Part shown: positions 52,003-63,750 of the stretch, piece after piece
How the letters are laid out: the number at the start of each line of letters is the position of its first letter
Numbering within the stretch: position 1 is the stretch's first letter
Source of the DNA: Malacoraja senta
Taxonomy: Eukaryota
DNA: 64,000 nt
Reading direction: 5' to 3'
Assembly: GCA_038087875.1 (NCBI GenBank)
Contig: CM075989.1
Span: 10,356,001-10,420,000, forward strand
Translations under genes and position numbers: made by a program
The notes under the pieces: model-generated
What the model saw: only the letters and a program-made list of their open reading frames with translations
Told to the model about the DNA's origin: nothing
Databases searched by the model: none

Positions 52003-53043
52003 GTAGCAATGTTACAAAATTTTGAGATTTAAAAAATCAAGTCTGCAATTTATCCCATCAGATAAAGCATAAAAAGAAGTTTAATTTGACACCTAATTCA
52101 CTTTCATATCTTCAATATTAAAAAAGTTATGGCCATTTTCATACTCGGAAATTAGCATCTTGTTCCCTATTGCTTTTCCATTGACTTAACACAAAAGCTG
52201 TGATCGAGGACAGTCAAAAGCCCATAACTTTCTTAAAAATTAAGAGAACTGAAAGACATTTTCAGTTATTATAGATTGAAGCATTCTGAAACAAATATGA
52301 AACAATCTTACTTAGATGACATGAAATTAAAGCATATAATTAGTTAGTTACCTAATTGTAGCTAATTACAAAATTCAATTACGAGATTTAAACATCTATC
52401 AATTTCTTAAGAATAGATTTTTAAATAGCGTAAGTGTCCAAATAACATTCACACAAGAATTCACAATATAACATAATTTTTTTATCTCATTGTCATGGAT
52501 TTACAGGCCAAATGGAAGAAATTGAATGTTTAATACCTGTAAATTAATGGGAATTTATATCATCTTGCGAATGGGGATTTCTGGAACGCGATCATTTGGA
52601 ACGTTCATTTGCGGTGAATTTAACCCCGTATTGGCATGAAAATTATTGCTGTTAGTTCGGGGGAAAAAATCACCGTGTCACATGTAAAAATGTGAATTAA
52701 AGGCCTCTTAAGGAGAACGTTTATACATAAAAAGAAAGCACTTTCGTTTACCTGTCCCGTGTGTGAAATCCGTCCCCGTTGTTGGCGTTGACGGGTTCAG
52801 AAGATGATTTTAAAATGATTCCAACGCTGAACTTGTCGGGAGATTTTTAAAACAAAATACTCAAAACGCCCCTCGGAACGATTCTTCCGCAAAAGCTTGT
52901 ACTCCAACAAAATATAATTCAGGACAAGGGAGGAGAAACCCGCGGTTTAACCACGCCCCCCCCCCTTAAAGGCGCCAAAATCGCGCACACGGCCAGTGAC
53001 AGAATTACAGCGCCGCTGAATGCAAGTATTGTAACATACCTAC
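52003..53043. mobile_element. Non-autonomous DNA transposon, superfamily unclear
   Basis: TIRs gtagcaatgttacaa / ttgtaacatacctac; ATTAA duplicated at 51998-52002 and 53044-53048; no ORF. Confidence 0.7.
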
Positions 53044-53104
53044 ATTAAGACTCCACTCTGCATTTGTCCACTTGGACAAAAACAATACATATGTCAGTCT
53101 TGTT

Positions 53105-53840
53105 CATTCAACACCATCATTTCTTCCAAACTTGGTTACAAAGCTCAGGGAACTCTGCATCCCTTTCCAACTGGTCCTTGACTTGCTCATCAACAGAACA
53201 CAACAGGTATGAATTGATAACAATGCTTCCTTTTCCATAGCCATACGTTCTATACCCATGAATATGTAGCCAGATACTGTTCCAACTCCATTCGTTGACG
53301 ACATCATCATAGTTGGACAATACGGATAATGATATGGATAATACAGAGTATAGGAGGGAAATTGATTGTCTGATTGAATGGTGTCAAAACAGCAACCTTG
53401 CTCTCAATGTCAGTAAAATGAAGTAACTGATTGTTGACTTTTAAAGAAGAAGGCTGAGGATCCACAAAGTGATCAACAGATCGGTAGTGAAAAGAGTAAA
53501 AAATTCAAGTTCCTGGACGAAGATCTGTCCTGGACCCACCACATTAATGTAATCACAAATAAAGCCCATAAACACCTCAATTAGAAGATTGAGTAGGTTT
53601 GGTATTCGGTGTACGTTAGAGAGCATATTGACTGGTTGCATCACGGCTTGGTTCAACAACTTGAACACCCAGGAATGAAGGATATTACAAAACAGTGGGA
53701 AACAATGCCCGGTTCATCACCTACACCACCCTGGTCATGCTCCCATTTGACTCTGCATCAAGAAAAAGGTCTAGGAGTCTGGAAACTAACATCCAGATTC
53801 AGGAACAACTTCTTCCCAACAACTATCAGGCTATTGAATT
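53105..53840 (+). mobile_element. Degenerate Rex/Babar LINE fragment
   Basis: cattcaacaccatc..., ttcgttgacgacatc (FADD-like), caaccttgctctcaatgtcagtaa, aacaacttcttcccaacaactatcagg. Confidence 0.7.
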
Positions 53841-53864
53841 GAATACTACCAACTCGAATTAAAC

Positions 53865-54435
53865 TCTCAGTTTAGTTTATTATCACGTGTGCCGAGGTAC
53901 AGTGAGAAGCTTTTGTTGCTCGCTATCCAGTCAGCAGAAAGACAATACAATTTACTGTGTATTGCAGTACATTTACTGTGCAAGGGAATAACATTTAGTG
54001 CAAGTTAAGTCAGCAAAGTCTGGTCAAGGAAAGTATGAGGGGACATCAAAGAGGTGGATAGTAGTTCAGCACTGCTCTCTGGTTGTGGTAGGATGATTCA
54101 ATTGCCTGATTACAGCTGGGAAGTAACTGTCCCTGAATCTGAAGGTGTGCGTTTTCACACTTCTATACTTTCTGCCCGATGGGAGAGGGGAGAAGGGGGA
54201 GCGGCCAGGGTGCGACTCGTCCATGATTGTGCTGTTGGCCTTGCCGAGGCAGCGTGAGGTGTAAATGCAGGTAATAGAAAGGAGGTTGGTTTGTGTGATG
54301 ATCTGGGCAGCGTTCACAATTTGCTGCAATTTCTTGGGCCTGTTCCCAAACCAAGCTTTGATGCATCCTGATAAAATGCTTTCTATGGTGCGTGTGTAGA
54401 AATTGGTGAGTTGTAGGGGACATGCTGAACTAAGC
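53865..54435 (-). mobile_element. Rex/Babar LINE 3' fragment
   Basis: NFYTRTIESILSGCIKAWFGN...DESHPGRSPFSPLPSGRKYRS...FRDSYFPAVIRQLN. Confidence 0.85.
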
Positions 54436-54479
54436 CTTGGTTCTTGGTTTCTTGGTCCTCCAAAATATTCCAAATGGAA

Positions 54480-54800
54480 TTTAAACTGGAGGTGGTGGAG
54501 GGAGGACTTAAGCCAGAAAGGGTTTTTGGGAAGAAAGAGCTACCTTAAATTTAGTTGCATCTGGTTGGGTAACTAAAGTAGGGTGGAGATTATTCCATGC
54601 TGTAATTGTGCGGGGGAAGAATGAATTGCTGTACACATCTGTCTTGGTAGCTGGAATCACAAATTGGATCGAATGCCCTCGTCTGCTCCTAATTGGTTTT
54701 GGTTCGGTGTAGGTCTTGTAATCTATGTCGAGCTGACCATTTAACATTTTGTAAAAACAGGTCAAACAGTGAGCTTCACGTCTGTCTTGGAGAGGGTTCC
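54480..54800 (-). mobile_element. L2/CR1-group LINE C-terminal fragment
   Basis: RSRRGHS...YSNSFFPRTITAWNNL. Confidence 0.7.
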
Positions 54801-54812
54801 ACTGGAATGTTA

Positions 54813-57800
54813 ATTTTACTTCGGAGTCACGTGAGTGACTATGTGAAGAACCCCACCAGTGCGCCTGCGCGTCATTACGTCAGACGCATTGGCGCAAACG
54901 GACGCGAGGAGCTCCTCTAGTGGAATTGTAGTTTTCAACTACAAGGTAAGTATAAACTTTTTGGAAGTATTTCTGTGTCCGTTTGCTGTGTGTATGTGGG
55001 GATTTTTTGCACAGGCATCATGGAAAAAACGGGCAAGTGGAGGAGGCGAGCGGCATAGCCGGTATAAAGTCGCAATATTGCGGTCGGCGACCAGCCGCCT
55101 CTGACCACGGTACAGTCGACAGCATAGCGACTGTGGATATTGGGGCTGAAGGGAATTTAGTCAGCACCAGTGGGGCAAGGCAAAGCCGATAAAAAGCTGC
55201 GGGAATGCGGTCGGTAAAGGACTGCCTCATACCCTACAACAGTCGCCGGCTGGGAGCGGGGAGAACTGTGGACTTGTGCATTAAAGAACGGAGCCAGCGT
55301 CAGTTGGGTGCTAGGCAACATACAAGTCAGGGTCATGGAGCAAGAGTCAGTTTAGGATTCACCTCCAAGGCTGGATACCACTTTCTGAAGTGGATATTCC
55401 AAATGGAGAACCTATACACAGGTTGCTCCAACGAAACATACTCCAGGAGGAGTGATGTCAGAACCAGGCTCCAGAAGCCAGGTCAGCAGCACCTAGTATA
55501 GGGCTGCTTGATAGCACCCTCATTGATGAGGCGCGTGCACAGGGTCAGCAGAGTTTCCAAAATAAGCGAAGACGGCAGCTGCCAGATGGGCTATTCCTGG
55601 CAGTACGATTTGCTGCTCTGAGAGTTCTGACGCTGAGTCTGACGGTGAGGCTGATACAAGCGAAGACGGCAGCTGCCAGATGTTTTATTCCTGGTAGTAC
55701 GATTCGCTGCCCCGTCAGAGTCAAGAGAGCCACTGGAAAGGACGTGGTCTCTGTGATCAACTATTGTGTCTACCATCAGCTCTAGTAGTTTACGATGGAT
55801 GAAAATGCCAAAAAAGCACGAGATCCCAAGGAACTGCGTATTGCTGAAAGTACTAGCAGTGAACCAAGATAAGGGGTCAGATGGGCGAAGGCATGTAAGC
55901 CTAAGGAAAGTAAACTGCAGAGAATATTGAAGCTGCTCGGTTGATGAACAATGCAATTTGCAAAACAATGGATGGAGGCCATGGATGGAGATGCATCAAG
56001 TGGCACTAAGGTTGCTATGTAGCGCCCACTTCAAGATGAATTGTTTCAGGAAGTATGCCATTCGGTCCAACATCAACCCAAAGTTGCAGCAACTCTGTAA
56101 AGCCCAGCAATGTGCAGTCATTCAACTTATTCTTCAGAGAAAAAACCTCATGAATCGTGGGAAAGAGTTGGATAATGAGGCAAAAACAGCAAAGTTGATC
56201 ACAACATCAATGGTCGTCAAGTCTGCAAAGAGGACGTATCCTTTCAGACATCATACAAAATCCTGGACCGACATCAGGAGCAAATCGACCATTGAAGCAG
56301 GTACTCAGTTGATGTCCTGCAGCAGGAAAACGTAAAAGTGTGGGTTTTGCCTGCCAGGAGCCAGGGACCACAGGTCACTCAGATGACAAAGGAGGTAGGT
56401 GGAACTGGTTCTTATGGGAACATATTAAGGCAAAAACAGCCAAATATTGGAAGCAAATTACTTCAGTTATTATTCTGAGTAGTGTTATTTCCAGCAATAC
56501 AATATGGGCCATTGGACTACCAGCAGCTGCAGACGGCAAAAAGAAAAAACACTAAGATGCATGATGGCCATTTTTTGATAGGCCATGCAATTAAACAATA
56601 AATGCTGCTTCTAATTGCAGTAGTGGATTTAACATGTCTTCAGTAGTTCAAGCAAGATACGGATTGAACAGCCTTCCATGGTCTTAACAGACTGATATCA
56701 GTGTACTAGGATTGGTGCCACTGAAAAGGTATCCATCTGTGGACAGATGGAATATGGAAGAAGTATTATTTTACAGACATGGAGAATCGACGTTTTAAAG
56801 TCTATTGGAAGGCTTATGAGCTACAAGCTTGTTGTTAAATACAACTAATCTGCATGTTCAGTTTCAAATTAACAACACTACAGCAATGGCATGTATTAAT
56901 TGTATGGGTGGAATTTCCATGATAACAAAGAATGGATGTTTAACCTTAAGATTTTTAATGATATAATAGTCAGATTTGGGAAGCCAGATATGACTTGTTT
57001 CCATCCAGACTCAATCACCAGTTACAGAGATATGTGTTATGGGACTACATCGGGAGACAGTAGCGATGGATGTTTCTCGCTATATTAGGATGGTATGTTG
57101 TTATATGCATTTTACTTCATCCTGTCTCATAAATCGGTGTCTGCTTAAAACGAAGCAGTATGCTGCCTCTGGGGTATTCCTGGTACCAGATGGGTCTACG
57201 CAGCCATGGTTCCCTTTGATATTGAAATTTATGACACGGTTTCTGATAAATGTTCCCAAAAGAAGGAAGTTACTGGTGTATTCGATAATTGGAGAGTAAC
57301 ATCCGTCATATGCCTGTATGGATGCAGGGTTTAAAAAAGAGGATTGTCTGAGCATGCTGTGGACATGCTTACAGCAGTCTGGCGGAAGAGTACTCAAAAG
57401 CAGTACATTTGTGAATCTGAGTTGTGACTCTGTAAATACTGCTTTCCCATTATGTAAAGAATGAGGGGAAAAAATTTCTGTGTATAAAAGAATATGGAAT
57501 GTTGTACGGCACATGTCTCAAATATCTTGGATTGACCTCTATTTAATGGGTTGAGGTATAGTGCGATTTATTCACACAGAAGTATATTATTCCTCGGTTT
57601 TATTTGATGAGGTTGGAAAGACATCCTGTTGAGTCTCGTTCTTTTATTTCCAGATTAATTAAAGGAATTTTAATTCCAGACCTTCTAAACCTAGGAGGGA
57701 ATCTGGAATATAGAATTGTTTTAAGCTACTTCAGCAAAGGAGTCTTGGTACGATTCTGATTTGGCCAAGTTCAGCATGAAGGTACTCATGTTTATGGCAC

Positions 57801-58791
57801 TTGTAACATTACAAAGTTACAGATTCACAGAAGTACCTCAGGATTATGTTATGTTTTACATTTTATGAACTACTCAAATGAAGTAGGATCAGGTGTGACA
57901 GGATTCAAGATTGTTTTATTAACATATTCTATGGATCCATGTCTATATGTTAAGACATATTTATTGCAAAAAATTGAGGCTACAAAGTTCTTATGAAATA
58001 TGAAAACAAGATTGTTTATCATTCACGAAAAACCATACAAGATAGTGTCAGTTTAGACTATTTTAAGATGGTTAAAAACAAGTTTTAGTTGCTGCACGTG
58101 TGAACATTGATGGTTTTACATTCCATTCAGTTTAGCAGCAACATTGACGACCAGGGCGAAGGAAGTCCCGTCGATCATATTCTCACAGATCATGATCTAA
58201 TAAGTTGGTGTTTCAACACTTTTACCATTGCCAATACGGGGCTGTTTGCAGATACTATTTTAAGTTCTGCTTAATTTTCCCTGGGTAAAGGGGATACTAT
58301 TAATTCTTTTATTCAAATAAATGAATTACTGCATTTGTGGTACAAATGTTATTATTAATGCATTATTGAATATTCTCGTTCCGAGTCAATCAATGCAGTG
58401 AGAAGCCGGGATTTGTCTGCGGCATGAAATCACAAAGCTTTAAAATCTTCACGTAGTCACTCACGTGACTCCGAAGTAAAATAGTAAGATTAAACGAGAA
58501 CTTACCTAAGTTTGAAGTTTGATCTTTATTTTATGAGGAGTTACGTTGGTGATTACGTGCCCACCACGACCCAACCCTCTATCATAAAGGTCAGATGGAA
58601 GTTCTTGTATTACTCATTTTATTATGATACTATATTACTTTGCTTGTTGTTTTTTGTGATTTCACACCGCTGCTTCGAAGATTGACGCGCAGGCGCACTG
58701 GCGGGGTTCTTCACGTAATCACCAACGTAACTCCTCATAAAATAAAGATCAAACTTCAAACTTAGGTAAGTTCTCGTTTAATCTTACTATT
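54813..58791 (+). mobile_element. DIRS1-type tyrosine-recombinase retrotransposon, non-autonomous/decayed, with intact ITRs and ICR
   Basis: Left ITR 54840-54874 is inverted to 58683-58717. The ICR (58446-58559) is complementary to both the extreme 5' end (54813-54849) and the extreme 3' end (58712-58791), joined at ATT. Coding remnants: RNase H (QINNTTAMACINCMGG, 56865-56912), methyltransferase-like (FGKPD, STQPWFP) and YR (KPYKIVSV*TILRWLK, ~58024). Confidence 0.92.
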
Positions 58792-58934
58792 CTTTATCTC
58801 CTTGATTTCTCTTTATTTCAGATTTCCAGCATGTGCAATTTTGATTTGTGTTTATTTTTTTGATGATTATTGGCTGGAAATGAAGGGGGACTGGTGCATG
58901 CCTTCATTCCTCCACTTCCATCCTTCCACATATA

Positions 58935-59910
58935 ATAATAATAATAATAGATTTTATTTTAAGGGCGCCTAATACCGAGGTCTCTAGGACACCTTACAAT
59001 TTAAGAAACATATAAACATATAATCAGAGTAAAACAAGTTATAAAGACATCACAAATACACAAATAAAAAACAGAAATTGATCCAAAAAAATACAACAAA
59101 ATTCAGAAAACACAACATGAAGGGAGAGCAGCGGCAGCCAAACCGCGCCAGCGTACACTCTCCCTTCCGCCCGCCATGTTGGACATAGACTAACACAGAC
59201 TAACACAGACACTTAACACTACACACAAAATCATCCCCCCACAATGGTTACCACTGTGGGGGAAGGCACAATGTCCAGTCCCCAACCCAGTTCTCCCCAG
59301 AGTCAGGCCCATCGAGGTCGCCACAGTTGCCTCTACGGAGGCCCGATGTTCCTGGCCGTCGGGAGAGTCCTCGCAGCGGTTGGAACGGCCGGTTTCCCAG
59401 CGGAGCCGATGGCACCTGAAGCCGACAAGGCCGCGCCGAGTTGGAGCCACGAGGCTCCCGATGTTAAAGTCGGCGCCGCCGCCCGCGGCTGGTCGCTCCA
59501 CAGACCCGCAGCCCGGAGGTGTTGATCTCGGTGGTCACCGCATACCGGAGCTCCATCGCGTCGACCCAGCGCGGCGACCCAGGCAAGGCATCGCCCGCTA
59601 CGCTCCCCGATAGCGCTCCAGCTCTGTGCCGCCGACCGAAGCTGAAGGTGCTGGGCGGTCCCCGTCAGGAAATGGCGCTCCATGACCGCTGGTAGGCCAC
59701 GAGGACGGGTCGATGAGGCAGCCCGGAGAAAAAACTGCCTCACCGACCAGGTAGGGACCTAGAATAAAATTACCCCCATTCACCTTACATTTAAAAGTAG
59801 ATTTCTCCAACTGGAGACACTAAAACACACTAAAAAACTATTTAAAAAAAGGTGAATTAAACGGACGGCTGCTGGTTAGCAGCCGTTCCCCAACATGGCT
59901 CCTCCTCCAT
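58935..59910 (-). mobile_element. GC-rich non-coding repeat with an L2-like (TTA)n 3' tail
   Basis: Plus strand begins (AAT)n...aagggcgcct...ggacaccttaca, i.e. the reverse of a tgtaaggtgtcct...aggcgccctt...(TTA)n tail. CpG-rich body; hairpin acggctgctggttagcagccgt at the other end. Confidence 0.5.
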
Positions 59911-61094
59911 AGTGCGGTTGAGGTTTGCCTATTTAAAAAAACAAAAGGCTGATTCTTTCTTAAAGCATTTTTGCATTTGTCAAGGGAAATAAGAATCTTC
60001 CCTCTTCACGAATCAAGCACTCCCAGGTCAGGTATAAAGAAAGCAAGAAAGACTTATATTCATAAGGCACATTTCATTGCCTGTAAAGTGCTTTGGGATG
60101 TCATGAGATTCTGAAAGGCATTATAGAAATGTAGCTACTTGCTGTGAATTTTATGCTTTCCTGTCAATATTCCCACCATGACATAAACTTCACTATTGTG
60201 GCGTATGAAAACGTATGACATATAAGCATGATGTGTGCATCAGTGTGCAGTGTAGTTAGAGTTGAATAAACACAATGCTTTTGTTCCGGCAGCTTTGTGT
60301 CTCCCCATAGTTCTCAATATTACCTGCTCTGCTCACAGATAAACCAAAAATGTGCATAAGCGCATATTTCCAACTACTACTTTTAGACTGACCAATACTT
60401 AACTATAATGTGATACAGGAAACTTGTATTGTGGCCATTAGGGTAATGAAAATTTGCATTAAATAATTAATACATCACTTCCCCAAAATTTCAGATATGA
60501 AATATAATTCACTCTCATCGAGTTATGTTTAAAAAGAGGAAGATAATTTTTTTTTTAACTTGTTGTTTTTGATGCATGGTCTGACGATGATGCAACATTG
60601 TATAATGAAGAATAGCGATATTCTCTTTTTTAGGAATCTGCCCCTGTAATGTTGGATTAATCTGCATTTACTGTCATTCTGAGGTTAACAGTAGGCTATG
60701 GTAGACAACCAGGGCTCTCACTTAACTTTTTTTCGCTGTTGCCAGCCGGGCAACCTAGGCAGCTTTTTAGGTTGCCGAATGACAGTTTAGGTGGTCATTT
60801 AAGACGGCTTGCATGACGCGTGCGATAATGTGCTCGGGCGAAGTGCGTAGTTACCAGTCGGAATTATGCTCAATGAAGCATTCACATATTATTTCTGCAT
60901 CAAATAAAGTCACAAACTAAACATATTCACCAATCAAGACATGATATATACCATAATGACATGCAGCAAAATTATAATACAGTATATACAGTATCTCAAC
61001 TCTTTTTACACGTTGTAATTAATGCAATTTCTATTATTTCTTTCTACTTCCAAACAAAAATGTGGTTGGATTATTCAGCGTATGATCAACCTCG

Positions 61095-62030
61095 ATGAGA
61101 CCAAGCGCAGGCTTGGCGATCGCTTCTCACAACACCTCCACTCAGTTCGCTTCTCACAACACCTCCACCCCAGCTTCTCCAATTTCAGGTAGTCCTTGCT
61201 TTCTCCTTCCTTCCCCTCCCATTCCCAGCTCTCCCACAGCCTACTGTCTCCGCCTCTTCCTTTCTTTTTCCCTCCCCCCCGACATCAGTCTGAAGAACGT
61301 CGCCTATTCCTTTGCTCCATAGATGCTGCCTCACCCGATGATTTCTCCAACTTTTTTGTCTACCAATGGGATCCCACCACTGGCCACATCTTCCCATCTC
61401 CTCCCCTGTCGGCTTTACGCAGAGACCGCTCCCTCCGTAACACCCTGGTCAATTCATCCCTTCCCACCCAAACCACCCCCTCTCCTGGCACTTTCCCTTG
61501 CAACCGCAGGAAATGCCACACTAGTCGCTTTACCTCCCTCCTTGACTCCATTCAAGGACCCAAGCAGTCTTTCCAGGTGCGGCAGAGGTTCACCTGCACT
61601 TCCTCCAACCTCATCTATTGCATCCGCTGCTCTAGGTGTCAGCTGCTCTACATCGGTGAGACCAAGCCTAGGCTTGGCGATCGCTTCGCCTAACACCTCC
61701 GCTCGGTTCGCAATAACCAACCTGATCTCCCGGTGGCTCAGCACTTCAACTCCCCCTCCCATTCCGAATCCGACCTTTCTGTTCTGGGCCTCCTCCATGG
61801 CCAGAGTGAGGCCTACCGTAAATTGGAGGAGCAGAACCTCTTATTTCCCTTGGGCAGTTTACACCCCAGTGGTATGAACATTGACTTCTCCAATTTCAGG
61901 TAGTCCATGCTTTCTCCTCCCCTTCCCAGCTCTCCCTCAGCACACTGTCTCCACCTCTTCCTTTCTTCTTCCCCCACCCCCACCCTCACATCAGTCTGAA
62001 GAAGGGTTTCTCCAGCATTTATGTCTACCC
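61095..62030 (+). mobile_element. Penelope-like element 3' part (GIY-YIG endonuclease) with a partially duplicated terminal region
   Basis: PGTFPCNRRKC...FTCTSSNLIYCIRCSRCQLLYIGETK.RLGDRF..H...PVAQHFN...GMN; terminal region repeated at 61170-61365 and 61885-62025, containing cagtctgaagaa. Confidence 0.88.
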
Positions 62031-62255
62031 ATTCACACAAGTTCTATTATCCCACTTTCCTCACCCACTCCCTACACATTAGGGGCAAATTTACAGAGAC
62101 AAGTTAACCTACAAAGCCAATGCGTTTTGGGATGTGGGAGGAAACCCACATGCTTGCAGGGAGAATGTGCAAATTGAACACAGACAGTGACCGAGAACAG
62201 GATCGAACACAGATCTATGGCGTGTGAGGCAGCAAGTCCACCAGCTGTGCCACTA
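62030..62255 (-). mobile_element. V-SINE, diverged
   Basis: ttaacctacaaa...tgtgggaggaaaccca...gggagaatgtgcaaa...acagacag...ggatcgaac. Confidence 0.7.
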
Positions 62256-62404
62256 TATTTTGTTTTCCAACACACACAAAATTATACGTTGATAACTTTG
62301 GTTACTAAAAAAAACCTATCCATTTTCATTCTTAAATCTCTAAGAGACGCTATGTCCCCCTTTACAGCTACTGTATGTTTTTGTATTTCAGTTCAAGACT
62401 ATGG

Positions 62405-62565
62405 GGCAGTACATTGGCCATAACGTTGCTGCCTAAAAGTGCCAGAGACCTGGAATTGATCCTGAATATGTGTGCTGTCTGTATGGAGTTTGCTCCTTTT
62501 CCCTTTGATCGCATGGGTTTTCTCCGGGTGCTCTTGTTTCTTTCCACATTCCAAAGGTGTACAGG
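62405..62565 (+). mobile_element. V-SINE 5' half
   Basis: gttgctgcct...gccagagacct...tgctgtctgtatggagtttg...gggttttctccgggtgctc. Confidence 0.7.
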
Positions 62566-62737
62566 AACTTTTTTCAGACCCAACCCAAAATGTAATATTT
62601 TCCTTTTGTCCAGAGATTCTGACCTGTTGAGTTACTCCAGCTTTTTGTGTCTATCTTCAGATTAAACCAGAATCTGCAGTTCCTTCCCGCACACACGATA
62701 CTATATGATAGAACTTTATTAATCCTAGGAGGGAAAT

Positions 62738-62774
62738 TGTGTGTGTGTGTGTGGGTATATATATATATATATCT

Positions 62775-62800
<26 letters not shown>
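62738..62800. repeat. (TG)n(TA)n(CA)n quasi-palindromic microsatellite
   Basis: Directly visible. Confidence 0.9.
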
Positions 62801-62805
<5 letters not shown>

Positions 62806-62820
62806 TTATATAGTTATATA

Positions 62821-63750
62821 TCTATATCACTAAAAGTCTGATCTTGACCACTTCCTGTTCTGTATATTGATTTTAGAAAAAACGCTGCCACTTATGGCTG
62901 TGATCTTTTGCCATCTTACTCAGAGTCCCTCTCCGCTGCGCAAGACAAGAGGATTCTTCCCATCGATGAAAAATAAAAGAGTTATTAGTGTTTAAAAAAT
63001 GTTGAGATTCTCTCTCCTGACGGCCACGCCCCTTCCGGAGGGACTATAAAACCCGGAAGTGTTGAGTGCCTCAGTCAGTCTCTGCAAAGATGGGGTAAGC
63101 GAGAGGGTCACGTCTCTCAGTCTGAGCTGTGAATAACACTGAACACATGTCTACTAAACTGTGAGTGGTTTTACTGACCTGTCAGTGCGCTTAATGTGGT
63201 TTGGAAATGCTAAAGCTGTGTTGCCTTTGGTTTGGAAATGCTAAAGCCGTGTTGCCTTTGGTTTGGAAATGCCAAAACTGTGTTGCGTTTGGTTTGGAAA
63301 TGCAAAAGTTGTGTTGCCTTTGGTTTGGAAATGCTAAAGCTGCGTTGCCTTTGGTTTGGAAATGCTAAAGCTGTGATGCCTTTGGTTTGGAAATGCTAAA
63401 GCTGTGTTGCCTAATTAAAGTTGCCTAGCCTAATTAAAGTTGCCCTGCCTAATTAAAGTTTCCTTACCTAATTAAAGTTGCCTTCTTTATAATTAAAAGT
63501 CCAATCTTGACCTCTTCCTCTTTGCGCTTTATATTGATTTTAGAAAAAATGCTACCACGTACGGCTGTGATTTTTGGCCATCTTACTCAGAGTCCCCCTC
63601 CACTCATCAGGTGCCGAGGATTTTTCTCATCGATGAAAAATAAAAAAGTTATTAGTATTTTTAAAATGTTGAGATTCTCTCTCCTGTCAATCACGCCATG
63701 AAGGCCACGCCCATTCTGGTGGGAGGGGAGGGACTATAAAACCCAGAGTT
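62821..63750 (+). mobile_element. Helitron-like element with a duplicated ~240-bp 5' module and internal 31-bp and ~18-bp tandem repeats
   Basis: 5' TCTATATCACTAAAAGTCTGATCTTG resembles the starts at 16645 and 20672; module repeated near 63494-63745; about seven copies of tttggtttggaaatgctaaagctgtgttgcc at 63196-63411; 3' CTAG end not seen. Confidence 0.55.

Noticed and set aside
56900..57299. Horizontally acquired bacterial/phage adenine methyltransferase
   Set aside because: This domain is a normal part of DIRS1 elements and is disrupted here.
59190..59810. Overlapping GC-rich ORFs
   Set aside because: Expected from stop-poor GC-rich repeat sequence; no recognisable domain.
63196..63411. 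31-bp repeats as a CRISPR array
   Set aside because: Head-to-tail tandem units with no unique spacers, no cas genes, and a eukaryotic context.
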